This document shows, one piece after another, positions 41,462 through 55,900 of a stretch of DNA of 64,000 nt (the first letter of the stretch is position 1; every line of letters starts with the position of its first letter). The position numbers were made by a program, and so were the translations under genes. Under the pieces are notes generated by a model that saw nothing but the letters and a program-made list of their open reading frames with translations, searched no databases and was not told the origin of the DNA. The stretch comes from Phoronis australis (taxonomy: Eukaryota; Animalia; Phoronida): assembly GCA_002633005.1 (NCBI GenBank), contig NMRA01000958.1:24267-88266 (forward strand), given 5' to 3'.

Positions 41462-42343
41462 GCCACGCAAAGCTCTTGATTGGCGGGAAAATGAGATTCG
41501 AAAGGTATAAGATATATTTTGAGCTTTGAAAAACTGAAAGAAGAACAAAGCGATGTTTTTATTATGACATACTGCCAGTATTTACCACAATAAATGGTTT
41601 GGAATAGCACATTGTGACAAATGTTATGGTGTGCCTTCTTTCCTAACTTAAAAACCTCATGTCTTTCGATTTCACTGCTTTGCATGCTGGGATTAAAGAT
41701 GTCTGCTCCCTAATGAAAATGTGTCCTTGTTTCAATCTTCAGTCATTTTAGCTACATTCCGTCATTACCAAAGACAAAGGTATTTTTAAATTAGTAATTT
41801 GTCAAATTTTGATTTTATAGTCTAGTGGGTGTTTTCTGCTGAAAGGATTGTTGGATTGCTTTGCACTAAACAAGTGCTGAACGCTACATGCCTGATCTGA
41901 AGTGACCTCCACAGCCCAGGCACAGCAGGGCTCGACGCTATTAAAATCGCCAGGTCGCATTTTGCGACCTAGCCAGAATCCCAGGTCGCATTTCCAAAAT
42001 CCAGCTCGCATCCATAAATGCCAGGTCGCAAAAATTTCTCGCCATTTTTACGCGCTAAAATTGATTTTAGATCATCGAGAAAATGTTTAGATTATGCTCT
42101 TTCCTGCCGCGTTAATACTCAAAAATTTCAGATCCCAAAACTGACTTCGTTCATGCAGGTACGGCGTTACTGTTCTTCATGACCGCCATTGAAAGTCTCT
42201 AGAGTGCAAGTTAAGTTCCCGACGTGAAAGTTGAATTAGTGCTCTCTAACTGACCCGTGCATTCGAGCATGCTATGAACATTCCCACTAAATAAAATTGG
42301 TTCTAACCCCGGTGTTTAAGGTAAACGGCGGGGTATGGAAAAN

Positions 42344-43705
42344 AAACGTACTCAAATCTGACACTCATACTCGAGTTGCTATGGAACTCTTTATGATGTG
42401 AAATGCAAAATCACGCAAAGACGCGCTGAGGAATAGACCACCCCAGGAACTAGGCCTACATTATCGTCTGCTGTCGCTACAACTACAAGATTATGTCTAT
42501 AACGTGGAATTCTGAGTGTTCTGTAACTGTTATTCATTTTTTAGTTTTAATAAATATTCTTATGCCATTTCTTTGTTACATTTGTCAATTATTAAGCTTT
42601 ACTTCTTGAGTTCCTCACCCAGTCCCGAAAATGTCTTAAGAAATATGTAACAGCTTATCACATTACATCTCTCATCTCTGTTGCTAATTTAGTCTTGACA
42701 TAAACCCATTGCTGTGTAGGCCTACGCTGATGTCAAACTTAGATACTGTATCCGACTGGGATGTATCAAGTGAGTTGACGTTTGGCACGTGAGTTAAAAA
42801 ACAATACTTGTGCAGGCATTCAGAGTTCACCAGTGGCAGTGAACGGGACGAGACGTCTACTCAGAAATCGGCAAACAAAATCTGGAATTCCAAAACCCCT
42901 AACTCCTTAATATCTACTGATTCAATACTACTCTTTACTACCTGACAGGGAAGCGAACTGTTTTTAACCTCCCTCCCCTCCTCGTCTGTCTTTTGGAAAC
43001 CCTACAAAACGTAGGAACACATACCGAAATAAGGGCAGCACAAACTTCTCACACGACTTTTCCCACAACTGCTTTCGACGCTTGTTATGACTAGCCGACA
43101 AGGGATTACAATGCGCCTGTTGCCAGGAATTGTAGAGCTAGAATGGCGGCCATAACACACAGTGATACGGCGAGTTAATCAGGTGAAGAATAAGAAGATT
43201 TAAGATGAAAGCTATTATCTCTGAACTGAAATTGAAGTGCTGAGATACGGTAAGAGGACTTATTTTTTTAGATTTGCTGCGTTTCTTGGTTCCCATTCGA
43301 TATTTTGTTCTCTGGCTCGTACATGTATTTATTTTCGAGTACGGTTTCAAGCACACTGCCATAGCAAACTTGAAATTTGAGCATAGACTCCGAATTTTTA
43401 CTCAAAATCGTACTCGAAATGTAGATGAGATACACTTCAGTTCGAGTACACTCGAAAACTATGCCATAGCAAACTTGAAATTTGAGCATAGACTCCGAAT
43501 TTTTACTCAAAATCGTACTCGAAATATAGATGAGATAAACTTCAGTTCGAGTACACTCGAAAACTGAGTACGTGCTCGAAATTTCGAGTACAGATTCTTC
43601 GAGTATGAGATTGAATACACCAAAGCTGAGTCTGTACTCGAGTTGAGTATGAAGTGTGAGTTTGAGCATGATTCGAGTCTGAGTACGGAGATTGGAGACC
43701 GGGCC
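42344..43705 (+). mobile_element. Second near-identical copy of the 1.39-kb Harbinger element (left TIR lost at an N)
   Basis: Colinear with 39409-40674. Right TIR followed by CAG. Has a ~102-bp internal tandem duplication and a swapped segment at ~42890-42940. Confidence 0.9.
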
Positions 43706-46700
43706 CAGAAATCATGTCGTATCTGTTGCGTCTATACTATTTTTGCTGCGGAGGTTCCGATGTTGAATTTTCTTGTCTCTAATGCAGCTTAAAAGAGAAT
43801 TATGCTAATTAAAATGCAAATTCAAGTGCATAAATTGGACTTGCCTTGTTCGAATGAAGTGCATTTACATTTTTTATTGCTTGGCACTTTGCCGTTCCAA
43901 CATAAGTACTCAGACTCTCCGCGTTTAGCGGAGATACACTTTACATGTTACGGAGGGCTCACGAAATAAATCAGATGCATATAAGTAGGCCATTTGGAAT
44001 TCACGAGAAAGGACCGCAAACTTCAAATTAGAGTAAGTTAACGTATGGATTGTGACTCTCATTGTGACTATTAAAGCAATCTATAAAGGGTTTATTGTTA
44101 TCGTGTGTAATAGCCGATTGAAGTTAACTTCTGATATTTAAAAATATAAAGGAAAACGAAGTTCCGTCCAAAATACGAACCACAATAGTGATTTTCAAAG
44201 ATCCATGGGCTACACTGCTTGAACACAAAACTGCTCACGCAAAGAATCAAAGCTTGGTTAGTCAAGAAAGTAGACGGACTTTTGTAAAGCGTAACCGGTC
44301 GAAATGACGTATTTTGGAACGAAACACTAAAGCGATTTTATTGAGATCTTTGTTTTTACAAGTGTAGACTATTTTAAAGATAATTCCAAGACAAAAAGTG
44401 TGTTTGGCTGCGGTCCGTGACTTTCCGAAAGACGATTGGGGGCGAAGCATGTCATACTAAGTTATACATTTCTTCAAAAAACTCCACTCCCACTAGTGCA
44501 GAGATCTGATGACACGGGTGCGTGCATGAGAGTGAGTCAACTACGGCCAATCGCGAGATCGAATTGCGGCTGACTTGGCAAGACCTTGCTTGCATCAGCT
44601 TTTGCGGCGATTTCGAAGTTCAAGACCTGGCTGCCATGCAAGCGCATTTTTCTTTATGCAATGAGGCGCAGGGAACAAAATGGGTCGCCTGGCTACAGAC
44701 TTCTGAGAACCAAAGTACGCTTTTTCGTCTTGCGGAGATGCTACATGTATGTTGTAACTCATATCGTATCATACTCTTTGGTTGCAGTGACTAAAAAAGT
44801 GGGAAGGTCTGTAGAACTGCCACAATCGGTTGACGTTACCTTGTCTGTTTTGAGTTAATGAAGTTTACCAGAAAAATACTGCAAAACTACGGTACCCGTG
44901 TAAATAACATGACAACATGGCGTTTGTGATACTGTTCTCATATTGAATTCTGTGCCCACAAAAACGCTATTGCAGTTTTCTGCATTGCAGTCACTTGGTT
45001 TCTGATTTATGCCTCAGCTTTTGAGGTTTTTCACGAAAATCTTGACGTTTACATTTGATAGCACTCATGCAAAAGTGGAAAAGTTTAAAAGCTATTGACA
45101 TATACAGTGTAGAGCATAATTTGATATTTTCATATGAGACCAATCAGCCATTTCTGAATCTGTTCCGACGTTCATTTTTAGAATCCTATGGAGGTAACCC
45201 TTGACTGGGATATGAGTGACGGTGATGAAATTACAGTGCATCGTGTGTGAGGGCGAGTGCCATTTTCATTGTAACTTTCTAAGTTTTTCTTTTGATCAAT
45301 GGTGATCAGGAGACAAAATTACTTGGTCACTTCCTGCAGCATTGAGCATTTTTTATAATTCAAGCTCATGAAGAAAAGAAAACTTTACAGACACTAACAT
45401 TACCAGGAACTTATTTCCCTTTACATCTTGTATTATCAAAAATAAACTGGATGGTTATCTTGTACCGCAAGTTTACTTCAAAATAACCCTCCATCGTACT
45501 CGCTATGTCGTCTAACTCCATCATCAACAGAACAAGGCTGATGGATCAATAGACGAACTAGGTCAGAAGCCTCGGGTCAGCGCAGGTGAGTTATTGTTTA
45601 GTCTCGGCCACACCCTATTGTTCGACTTGAAATGACTGGCTCACTACAGAGTAGCTGGGGCCATTCAGCTGATGGCTGAATGCAGAATACTGAATGAATG
45701 TCGATTGCCAGATTTGATCGTCTGCTTTCCGCATAAAAATTCATTGCCCAAATTTGACTTTCCACTATTGTTCGTCAGTGTTGGGTCGTCCAACACCTAT
45801 AACAACCAAGCCTTGCGACAGACAAGAATTAGAAGGGGTCTTTTCAAATTTGACATTATTGTATTCACTATATGATTACGTTTGGCTGTAGAATGAGAAT
45901 ACAACAACAAACTGCATCAATTGTTCAGCTTTCATTACACCACAACAGCCGAACAACCACCGGTATACATATACCAAGCTGGGGATGTTTTTTGCAGATG
46001 CAAAAAGCGGATCTCTCCGTCTCAATTGCACAAGTTTTGTAATCATAATCGCTATTTTCATGGTGACGTAAAAGGAAAATACTCCCTTTAAAATTAAAAT
46101 ACGAGTATTTTTCCCTCTACGTCAGTATTTTCCATTGAATGACTTTCTAGGAATCGATTTTGTATTTGGCGATGCTTAAACGGGCATCGCCTGTGAAATT
46201 TTTCTTCGGGGTTGAAAATGTTTGCAGTTCAGCTGAACACAGCTTGGTGCCGGCAAACTATAACTTGTTTACTGACAGCGTCCTCTTCTGGTTGACAATT
46301 CACACTATTGGCTAAGACCATCGTCTTTGCTGTTGGGCAGCTTCGCCGGTTTAGCCCTTTGAGACGATTTATTTTAATCAACGTGCACCACTGCTTATTC
46401 AATGGGTACACTCCGGCAATCAGTTCGTGTAGGCCAATTACGCTCGTGCTCTCAAATCTCAAAATGGTGGAAGAATTTTTACATAGGTGCAAGGCAATCA
46501 TTGAAAAAGGTTGCAATTTCCTATCAAGTGACCACGTAAATGGTCGCACCGTTACTTACTGAATGTAAACTTGTTTTTGATTGGACATAACAATTCAGCA
46601 CGTTGATTAAGTAAAACTACGCGTTGATTAAGCAAAAATGTAGGTTGAATAAGAGTAGGTAAACATGTTCCTTTAAGAACTACATGAACTCATAAGATTG

Positions 46701-47899
46701 GATAAATTTTTAAATATGATATATTAATGCATGAAAGGGAAGTCAAATGTTTTTAGTATTATTGTCTGGTTATCCTAGATAGATTTTCAAATTAATGAAC
46801 TTCTCACGTTTCCAATAAAACATGAATGGGTCACTCGATCCGGAAAATGCGTTCGCGGTCCTAATCTTCCCCCCGACGCTAGTTTTTTTGTGCGATCTAA
46901 TGTGGACATCTGTTGATTGTATACTTTTTCCAAAAATTACCACAATTGTTTTATCTTTGACGAGTATTCTCGGCCCAATCCTAGATTGAACTAGAGCCGA
47001 GTTGAAGGATTTAAGCCATTGTTTAGTCTTCAGCTGGACGGGAAATGGATGGACAGTAAGCGAACTCTTACGCTTTTTGGAAATTAGCAACGTTTTCCGC
47101 ATATTCTCGGCTTTGGCAAATCGACTTAATTTGAACTTACGAACACAAGTTCTCAAATACGGCTCCGTGGTTTCACTCAAACTTTCCAGTTTTAATATTT
47201 ATTTATCAATCTCAAAACCATAATTAAGTTTTTTATTTTAAAATTCCTATTTCCATTGTACGGCGCCACAGACCTAATACTACCGCTGTTGTTTTTTTTT
47301 TTTACAAAAATGCCTCCCGTTTTGTGAGTTAACTTGGCGTAGAAACCAAACTAAATAAGTAATCGAAAATTTCTAACAGCGTTTTTGAGACGTATCGGCA
47401 AGTTTTCATTTCAAGAAGCCGGATTCTTCGAAATCGATTAAGGGAAAATTGTGCTACGAATGTTCCTTTGTTGAAAATGAACATTTGACTTAAAAAAGGA
47501 TAACGACACGTAAGTATATAGTGTATTTTTATAATCCCCGGTCATTCTTCTTTCATTCAATGTATTTATACTGGTTGACACAGTTTTTCTGGTAATGGAC
47601 TTTGAATTAATGTTCTACATAACGTAATAAGTTTAATGCGAAAGTTGATATCAAGGGCGGATACATTAATCTCTACGCCATGAAAAATTGAATTCTGGGA
47701 CACATTGAATCTCACTGAACCAATCCGATACAACGAGTTTTTCTCAAGTTGTGGGTTTCAGACCTGAGAACTTATAGGTCCAATAAACTCATATGTTTTT
47801 AATGTTTTGCTGGATCCATTCTGGCAGAGAACTGTATCGTCGGCATATTACAAAATTTTCAAATGCAGTGAGCCTATATTTATACCTTTTACATTATTA

Positions 47900-48240
47900 T
47901 TCAGGCGAAACATCGTAGCCATAATCTCCTAGCTCATACATTAAACATGTAGGACGAAGACATAAGGTCTCCTTGAGCAGCCTCAACTGATTTCATTATA
48001 CCATGAAGTGAAGCCACGTTGGATAAGTTTTGCACCCTCTGCCGAAATAGGAAGTGTTGCAAATACATTTCCATGGGACAAAATCAAATGCTTTTTCGAA
48101 GTCTACCGTTACTAAAATACCGGGAATTCTATGTTCATCAGTGAAGTGGAGTAGATCATACGTTGTTTTGGTGTTTTCCTTAATAAATCCAAATCCGGTT
48201 TCGTCGTTATTCATTATATAAACTTTATTTTTGACCTATG
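47900..48240 (-). mobile_element. L1/Tx1-clade LINE reverse transcriptase fragment
   Basis: ETGFGFIKENTKTTYDLLHFTDEHRIPGILVTVDFEKAFDFVPW, a degenerate RT segment. Confidence 0.8.
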
Positions 48241-48779
48241 CTTCTACAGTAATATATCACACTTTTGGGAAATCCATTTTGGATGTACTATTTTTGAGCT
48301 TCTGGATGAACTCCTGGGACGTGATGTCATGAAGAGCTGCCTCTGACGAAACTTCCAACAGTTTTTGTCCATGTCATAAATCTGAGACAAGTGTAGGATT
48401 GTTTTCTCACATGAACCGTAAAATCGATCTTTTTGCCGAATATCTTGACGTGTCCAAAACTTTCAACCCCATGACGCAATTTTCGTAAAAGTACGCTTGG
48501 GCAATGTAAAGTAAACCCAGTTACTTTTTCTTAATAACTTTATTTTAAACTTAACAATTGTAAATTGCATTTAGATATAGTAACCAATGTTTAAGTTAGA
48601 ATCTAATAAAAACTCCTTGAAGTTGTGACATTAAAACTTAACAAATGTTTTTAAACAACAATCAGCAGGCCTTCATCGCGCACTGAAGTGACCTTGAGAC
48701 AGCACAGCTAGTGCGTAGTTTCTCGAGTTGGGATCGTCACAGCTTGAATGAACGTGGATATGGAATTGGATTCGCCTGA

Positions 48780-49850
48780 AAGTCGTTATTGTCTGTTGTT
48801 AGCTTCATATAAATACACTTACTAAATTTAATAAAGATCCAGCAATGGGTTTAGGAGATACAGCTATGGGCGCAAAACAAGCAAAACTACCAGTGAAGAC
48901 GCCACAGTAGTGTGAAGTCGTCATCGTCAACCATCCTCTTCACACAGAGAACATAAACACCACTTTTCGAAACCATCCTCAGAATGATTTGGTTGATAGA
49001 AGGGTGGACTCCAAAAACAGACTCGAAAACAGCAAACATGGCCACTAGGTGGCGCAAAATTCCTCGATTCCATCCAAAAACGGCAGGATAGCGTCATCTC
49101 ACCAATAGATGCATGTATTCAAAATTTTATGAAAATCTGTTGAGGACCTTTGAAGGTACAGAGGTTAAAGTAAAAAATAGAATTGCCACCAGGGGCACAC
49201 CAGTTGTCAAATCCGTCCGAAAGTCGTCGTCGTCCTTTGTCAACATCACATAAATGCACTTACTAAATTTAGTAAACATCCTGCAGACGGTTTACGAGAT
49301 ACAGCCACAGGCGCAAAAAACAAAGCTGCCACTAGGAGGTGCCACAGTAGTCGAAATCGTCGGAAAATCATTGCCAGCCGTCCTCTTCATAGTAAGAACA
49401 TACATGCCAATTTCCACAATCACCCTTAGAGCGGTTTGGTTGACAGAGGGGTGGACGCCTAAAAACAGACGAAAAAACAGTAAAAATGGCCACAAAGTGG
49501 CGCAAATTACGTCGAATCTATCCGAAAACGGGAGGATAGCGCCATCTCTCTACTGGATGCCTACATATATGCCAAATTTTATGAAAATACGCTGAAGGCC
49601 TTTGAAGATATAGATGTAAGCGTAAAAAACTAACATTGCCACTAGGGGGCACACCGGTAGTTGTATCCATCCGAATGTTCGCTCATGACGTCCTATCTAT
49701 GAAAGGAACACATGTCAAACATAAGGCTACGTCAAATGGTTTCCGAGTAAGAGCAGCAGACGCCGTCCGGCGGACTGACGGACGGACGGATGGACAGACG
49801 GAGATGACGGCATAATGCGTCCACAAATAAATATGTGGGCGCATAAAAAT
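48780..49850 (+). mobile_element. HINE with ~150-bp monomer array and (GGAC)n microsatellite end
   Basis: Terminal GACGGACGGACGGATGGACAGACG, hairpin ATGCGTCCACA..TGTGGGCGCAT and AAAAA, the classic HINE/DINE-1-like end. Monomers homologous to 33715-35810. Confidence 0.8.
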
Positions 49851-50558
49851 CCGTCCAGCTACTCCAAAGATGGCAGAGGAAAATAGAAAAAATAAAATTA
49901 CAAGTCCGGGGGGCACCGTGATAGTGGCATGCAGTTGGATCCATATCCAAAAGTCCGCATCATCTGTCATAACCTTCATATAAATACTGTTGCCAAATAT
50001 AAGAAAAGATTTGACCAAGGGTTCAGGGGTGATACAGTCATGCATGGAGGCAACAAAAATGCCAGTGACTAAGATGAGCCACTGTTGTCGAAGCCATCTT
50101 CTTTCTATCACTAACGATATGTCAATTTTGGCATTATCATATTTAAAGTGGTTGAATCAGACTGATTGTCAAATCCGCCCGTTTAAAAATAAACATCAGC
50201 TGTGGTTTCTCTCTGTCTCCCCGTGTGCAAAAGAGGTTTTATCTCTGAAGATTTTCGTGGAAAGCGGTGAAACTAGAAATATAGTGAAAGTGCGATATGC
50301 ATATATGTGCTATCGAACTTTCCCTATATTTCTACGTATGTCTCCGCTCGGTTACAAATGCCAAATTTCATGAGCACCCAATATGCTGTGTACCCAGTTT
50401 GACCACAAGCGCCAACTTTCGACTAAAGCTCTACAAGCCAGCTGAGCAGTGGTGTGAATATAAAGATGAGAATACCAAGACCCGTAGTGTTGAAAAATGG
50501 CTACTAAGGGGCGCAGAATAGGCAGAATCTGTCTAAAACTTGATTGATGTCGTCTTCT

Positions 50559-51201
50559 CATCTCATCTCATCTAGGTGTTGTCCATCCACTGCATGATGT
50601 AGCCCTCCGACAATGCCTTCTCTTGCTGCTCTCATCCATGTTGTGCCTAACGTTTTCACGTCATCTCTCCATCTGGCTTAGGGCCGTCCTCTTGATCTCT
50701 TTCCATACCTGGGTTGCCACTCTGTACATCTTTTTGTCCATCTGTTGTCCTGTGCTCATTGCTACGTGTCCGCCCCACCTCCAATTCAATTTCAGAATTG
50801 TCTTGATTATGTCCATGACTCTTGTTTGTTCTCTTATCTCTGTGTGTGGAATCCTGTCTAGTAATTTTATTCCAAGCATTTTTCTCTCCATTGCTCTCTG
50901 TGTTGCTCTTAGCTTGGCAATTGTCTGTTTTGTTATGGTCCATGTTTGGCATCCATAGGTGATTGTGGGGATGATGCACTGGTCAAATACTTTTCTTTTC
51001 AGGGATATGGGTATGTTCTTATCTTGGAATATTTCTCTGTTTTTTCCAAAGCAACTCCATCCAGCTCTTAGTCTGATTTGTATTTCATTGGTCACACGGT
51101 TCTCCATTTGTATAGTTTGTCCAGGTATTTATATTGTGTGACTTTTTCAATGATCTTGTTCTCCACCATTACTTGTTCATCTGTTTCAAAATGTGTCATG
51201 T
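50559..51201 (-). mobile_element. 5'-truncated RTE-clade LINE
   Basis: EIQIRLRAGW...SLKRKVFDQCIIPTITYGCQTW...QRAMERKMLG...WRWGGHVA, an (AGATG)n 3' tail, and a probable TSD ATGTCGTCTTCT/ATGTCGTCCTCT. Confidence 0.88.
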
Positions 51202-51629
51202 ATGTCGTCCTCTACTGCTTTCAAGGTTATTTGTCGAATTCCAAGATTGAGCTTGACAAACAGTGAGCCGCGTTGCGCGAAAACAAAAAAACGAAATTGC
51301 CACGTTAGACGTTACAGCTCTCTCAGTCATTATAAAATCCGTACCAGCCGTGCTCTCCTCAATAGGAACACATCAACCAGTTTTTATGAAGATTCATTGA
51401 GGCACAGGGGGACATGAGGTTGGGCCATGTACATTTCGAGGTGGTTGTGCAAACAGAACCAAAACAACGAGGTTGAGTCTAACTAATTTTATTGTTATAA
51501 TTAAAAAAGCAGAAGCACTAATTTCTGAAAAATTACTGTAATTGGATTTTCAACAAAAAACGAGTAATTAAAACACGATTGATTCAACAGCTCAAAAGTA
51601 ATTTTTCTGTTCTGGTGATTAAGTACAGA

Positions 51630-53200
51630 CTGGAGCTATACTGATACTGATCATGGAGCAATAGAACAGTAATGTATAACTAGTAACTAAGTAAAGCAGT
51701 TCCTGATACCAAACATAGAGCAACACACCAGTAATGTATAACTAGTAATTAATTACAGCAGTTCCTGATACCAAACAGACCAACACACCAGTAATGTATA
51801 ACTAGTAATTAAGTGCAGCAGTTCCCCAATACCTAACACAGATCAACACAGCAGTAATATGTAACTAGTAACTAAGTAGATCAGTTGCTGATACCTAATA
51901 CAGAGCAACACACCAGTAACATACGACTAGAAACTAAGTAGAGCAGTTCCTGATACCAAACATATAGAGCAACACACCAGTAATGCATAACTAGCAACTA
52001 AGTACAGCAGTTCCCCAATACCTAACACAGAGCAACACAGCAGTAATATGTGACTAATAACTAAGTACAACAGTTCCTGACGGATACCAAACATAGAGCA
52101 ACACCCCAGTAATGTATAACTAGTAATTAAGTACAGCAGTTCCCCAATACCTAACACAGAGCAACACAGCAGTAATATGTGACTAATAACTAAGTACAAC
52201 AGTTCCTGACGGATACCAAACATAGAGCAACACCCCAGTAACGTATAACTAGTAATTAAGTACAGCAGTTCCACAATACCTAACACAGAGCAACACAGCA
52301 GTAATATGTAACTAGTAACTAAGTAGACCAGTTCCTGATACCTAGCATAGAGCAACACACCAGTAATGCATAACTAGTAATTAATTACAGCAGTTCCACA
52401 ATACCTAGCACAGAGCAACACAGCAGTAATAAACTGTGTGACTAGTAACTAAATAAAGCAGTTCCTGATACCTAACATAGAGCAACACACCTGTAATGAA
52501 TAACTAGTAATTAAGTACAGCATTTTCCCAATACCTAACACAGAGCAACACAGCAGTAATATGTAACTAGTAACTAAGTAGACCAGTTCCTGATACCTAG
52601 CATAGAGCAACACACCAGTAATGCATAACTAGTAATTAATTACAGCAGTTCCACAATAACTAACACAGAGCAACACAGCAGTAATATGTGACTAATAACC
52701 AAGTACAGCAGTTCCTGACGGATACCAAACATAGAGCAACACCCCAGTAATGTATAACTAGTAATTAAATACAGCAGTTTCCCAATACCTAACACAGAGC
52801 AACACAGCAGTAATATGTAACTAGTAACTAAGTAGACCAGTTCCTGATACCTAGCATAGAGCAACACACCAGTAATGCATAACTAGTAATTAATTACAGC
52901 AGTTCCACAATACCTAACACAGAGCAACACAGCAGTAATAAACTGTGTGACTAGTAACTAAATAAAGCAGTTCCTGATACCTAACATAGAGCAACACACC
53001 TGTAATGAATAACTAGTAATTAAGTACAGCAGTTTCCCAATACCTAACGTGGAGTAACACTACAGTTATGTGCAACAGTTAATTTAGTACAGTAGTTAAT
53101 ACCAAAATGTCACATGAAGCAATACAGCAGTTATGTATAACTAGTAATACCTACAATAGATACCAAAATCTAGCATGGAACAATACAGGTAACTAGGTAA
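51630..53200. repeat. ~62-bp satellite (~24 monomers) with alternating dimer structure
   Basis: AGTACAGCAGTTCC(TG/CCA)ATACCTAACA(T/C)AGAGCAACAC(AC/AG)CAGTAAT..TAACTAGTAA(T/C)TA units. These account for the repetitive Cys/Leu ORFs. Confidence 0.92.
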
Positions 53201-54248
53201 TCACCTGGGGTGTTTTGGTGAAATTGAAAGTACCAATGCTATGAATAAAAGCAAAAGATAATTGATTTCTAAACAAACAATGCGTATAATCGCATGTGTT
53301 GCTTCCAAAGTGTGGAAGCTGTATTTCATCAAATTCAGTTGGATGAAAATTAGTCCAATAATTCTCAAAATATGGGTATCATGATATTTCTTTCGGTGAT
53401 AGGATTTCATTTCTCTTACCAAATCAAATCATAGGCTGCGTGTACTGTACAAGTGGCATTTTCAAATTTGGTCAATTTAGGATTGGCCAACACCAATGAA
53501 GTCTAAAGTGGGTTCTCGAGTTGTGGTTTTGATGTTCTTGTTTATAACGGAAATAGAATCCTATTACGGAAAGGAATATAAAAAGAGCGATGTTATTGGA
53601 GTGAAAGCTAAAATTTGGTTTCCATTTTAACCAGCTAAACAAGGCAAAATGCAGCTTTAAGTCATCGAATTTCATACTGTACAGTTACCAAACAATATGT
53701 CAGTTATATAAAGCTAATTGCAAGAATTTTACCAAGGAAACAAGAAAGTGCAAGCACGTGCTTTGCTTGTAATGCATGGTAATATCGCGCAGCAAAGTCT
53801 TGCGTGATGCTGTCTTTTCGCGAGGTTCTCACGTCTACGGAATGTATGCCTGATTCCAATGCGCAGTCTTTGCCACAGGTGGATGATTCAATAATCCCAC
53901 AAGATTCAGAGCAATACCATGTTCACACGCACGCTGAAAATAAAGCACCAGCTTGAACAAATGAAGTTCTGTTAATACTTATTGAATTGGCCACTCATAA
54001 TTTTCAAACGCCAGGAACAGCAATTTATTCATACAAAAAATGAATCGTCCTAAAATATGTGGAGCTAATATACGAGAACTAAGGGGCACCAGGTCTTATC
54101 TGGTGTATAATCACTATACATTTTTGCACCTTGTTTGACAATTGCAAAACGTTGAAATTGAATTCCCCACAAAACAATCGCAGTCTGTGTTAGATTGACT
54201 TCAAAGTGGAATAAATCGAGTCCACAATTATGAATGTCTTCTTAAAAC

Positions 54249-54484
54249 CATAGGCGGATTTAGGGGACCCGCCNNNNCGTAGGGAAATGTTGAGTTTATT
54301 AATAAACCCCCGGTAAATAAAATTCTACGGATGAAAAAAGATTTGAATGTGTGCAGTTTTAGTGTGTGGGGGGGGGCAAACCCCCCTCCCGACCTCCCCC
54401 CATTCGGTGCTATGCGCATCTACAATTGTGGTTGCACCCGGACAAAATGTTGGCCCCCCTTGTGATATCCTAGATCCGCCACTG
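54249..54484 (+). mobile_element. Shorter copy of the same 5-bp-TSD MITE family
   Basis: CATAGGCGGATTTAGG...CCTAGATCCGCCACTG with TSD AAAAC on both sides. Internal segments shared with 5302-6152. Confidence 0.8.
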
Positions 54485-54599
54485 AAAACAATGCTTTAGA
54501 TTTGGCGGATGTTCACATGTTCTGTAATAAAGTACCATTTCTTACAACTTTTAGGGAAACAAAACAAATTAATCCACCAAAAAACACAGAAACATAATT

Positions 54600-55900
54600 T
54601 AAAGGCGCATTTCCAGGCTGGAAGTGTTGCTACATGTGCCACCAAATCTATTCACAGGCAATGTGGACCTGTACTATTTTTGAAAAGAGCAAAATTTTTA
54701 AGTTGTTGTCGTTCGTTGCAAGGTTCATAGAAATATACTTACCAAATTTCACAAACATACTGCAAGGGCTCAGTAAAAACAATGCAAATAAACAACAGGC
54801 GCAAACTGTCACCAAGGGGTGCCAAAGCAAACTGTCCAAAAGTCATTGTCAGCCATATGCTCTTCCCAGTAAGAACACATTTAACAATTCTGAAAAAGAT
54901 TCTGAGAGTGGTTTAGCCGATAGAAAGATGGACGCCAGATTTAAAAATAAGACACTAGGGAGCGTACCGGGGTACACTAGCTCCAGTCCTTCTGAAAACG
55001 GAAAGTGTCATCGTATCCTCAAATGTCACAAAAATTCCATAAAGGAACTCCAAAGATAGAGAGGAAATTAAAGGGAAAAATATAATTGCCACAGGGGGGC
55101 ACAGCAGTAGTCTAATCCATCCAAAGATGATAAAGCATCATCGACACCTATTTAATGAACACATGTATACCAAATTTCATGAAAACCCATCACTAAGAAG
55201 CTCAGACTACAACTCGAACAGCATCAATGGCTAGCTGAACAAAGAAGCCCTGTTGTTACTGCAACATCAACGGTAAGCTTGAGGGCCATTTGCATGGGAA
55301 CAGTTCAATTATTCACGTTACTCGAACTCTTGAGTGGTTTGCGGATAGATACCGATGCCAAAAATACCTTAGAGCAGTTTAAAGATAGGCCTATAGGAGA
55401 AGCTAACCTTTTGAGCAGTTTGCCAATAGAGACAGACGCCAAAAATCATACCAATGACCATGCAAGGTTGTGAAGATTACCTTTAATCCATCCGCAAGAG
55501 GGAACATGTTGTCATTTACATAATAGAAGCATATTTGCCATTTTTAATAGCGATATAAGCACAGCCCACAGAAATCGCTTTCGCATTATATCCGCCTTCA
55601 GGTTCTCATTCACTCCCTGGCATTGAAAGTTCAAAGACCAAGCTTAGGGGAGAAACTTTATGTGGAATGCTCAATTGTAAAGCCAAGAATTGATCACCCA
55701 TGTCTCTCAAAAGGGAGTCCGGAGTTCAAATCACTGAGCCAAACTGTCTCTCACTGCCATTGAGACACATTACCAAATTTTAAGAAAATCTGCCACAGAA
55801 CTCCGAAGACAAAGAGGAAATTGCCATTAGAGGGCGCAGAAGTAGCTGGATCAGTCCGAAAGCCATTGTAATTTGTCATCGGCTTCAAATTTGCTAAGTT
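54600..55900 (+). mobile_element. Highly diverged HINE-like array remnants
   Basis: Motifs GTCACCAAGGGGTGCC, GCCACAGGGGGGGCAC, GCCATTAGAGGGCGC and CCAAATTTCA segments. Confidence 0.55.

Noticed and set aside
41462-41548. N-terminal extension of GARS1 shown in the ORF track (MFFFQFF...)
   Set aside because: It begins at a non-ATG codon. The first in-frame ATG is at 41461.
41926-42340. hAT-like element starting CAGGGCTCGAC with CAGGTCGCA subterminal repeats
   Set aside because: No matching opposite TIR or TSD was found, so boundaries cannot be supported.
46229-47223. ORFs of 73-136 aa as a gene
   Set aside because: No recognisable motifs or exon structure, and the ORFs overlap on both strands.
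51927-52867. Cys/Leu-rich repetitive ORFs
   Set aside because: They are translations of the 62-bp satellite.
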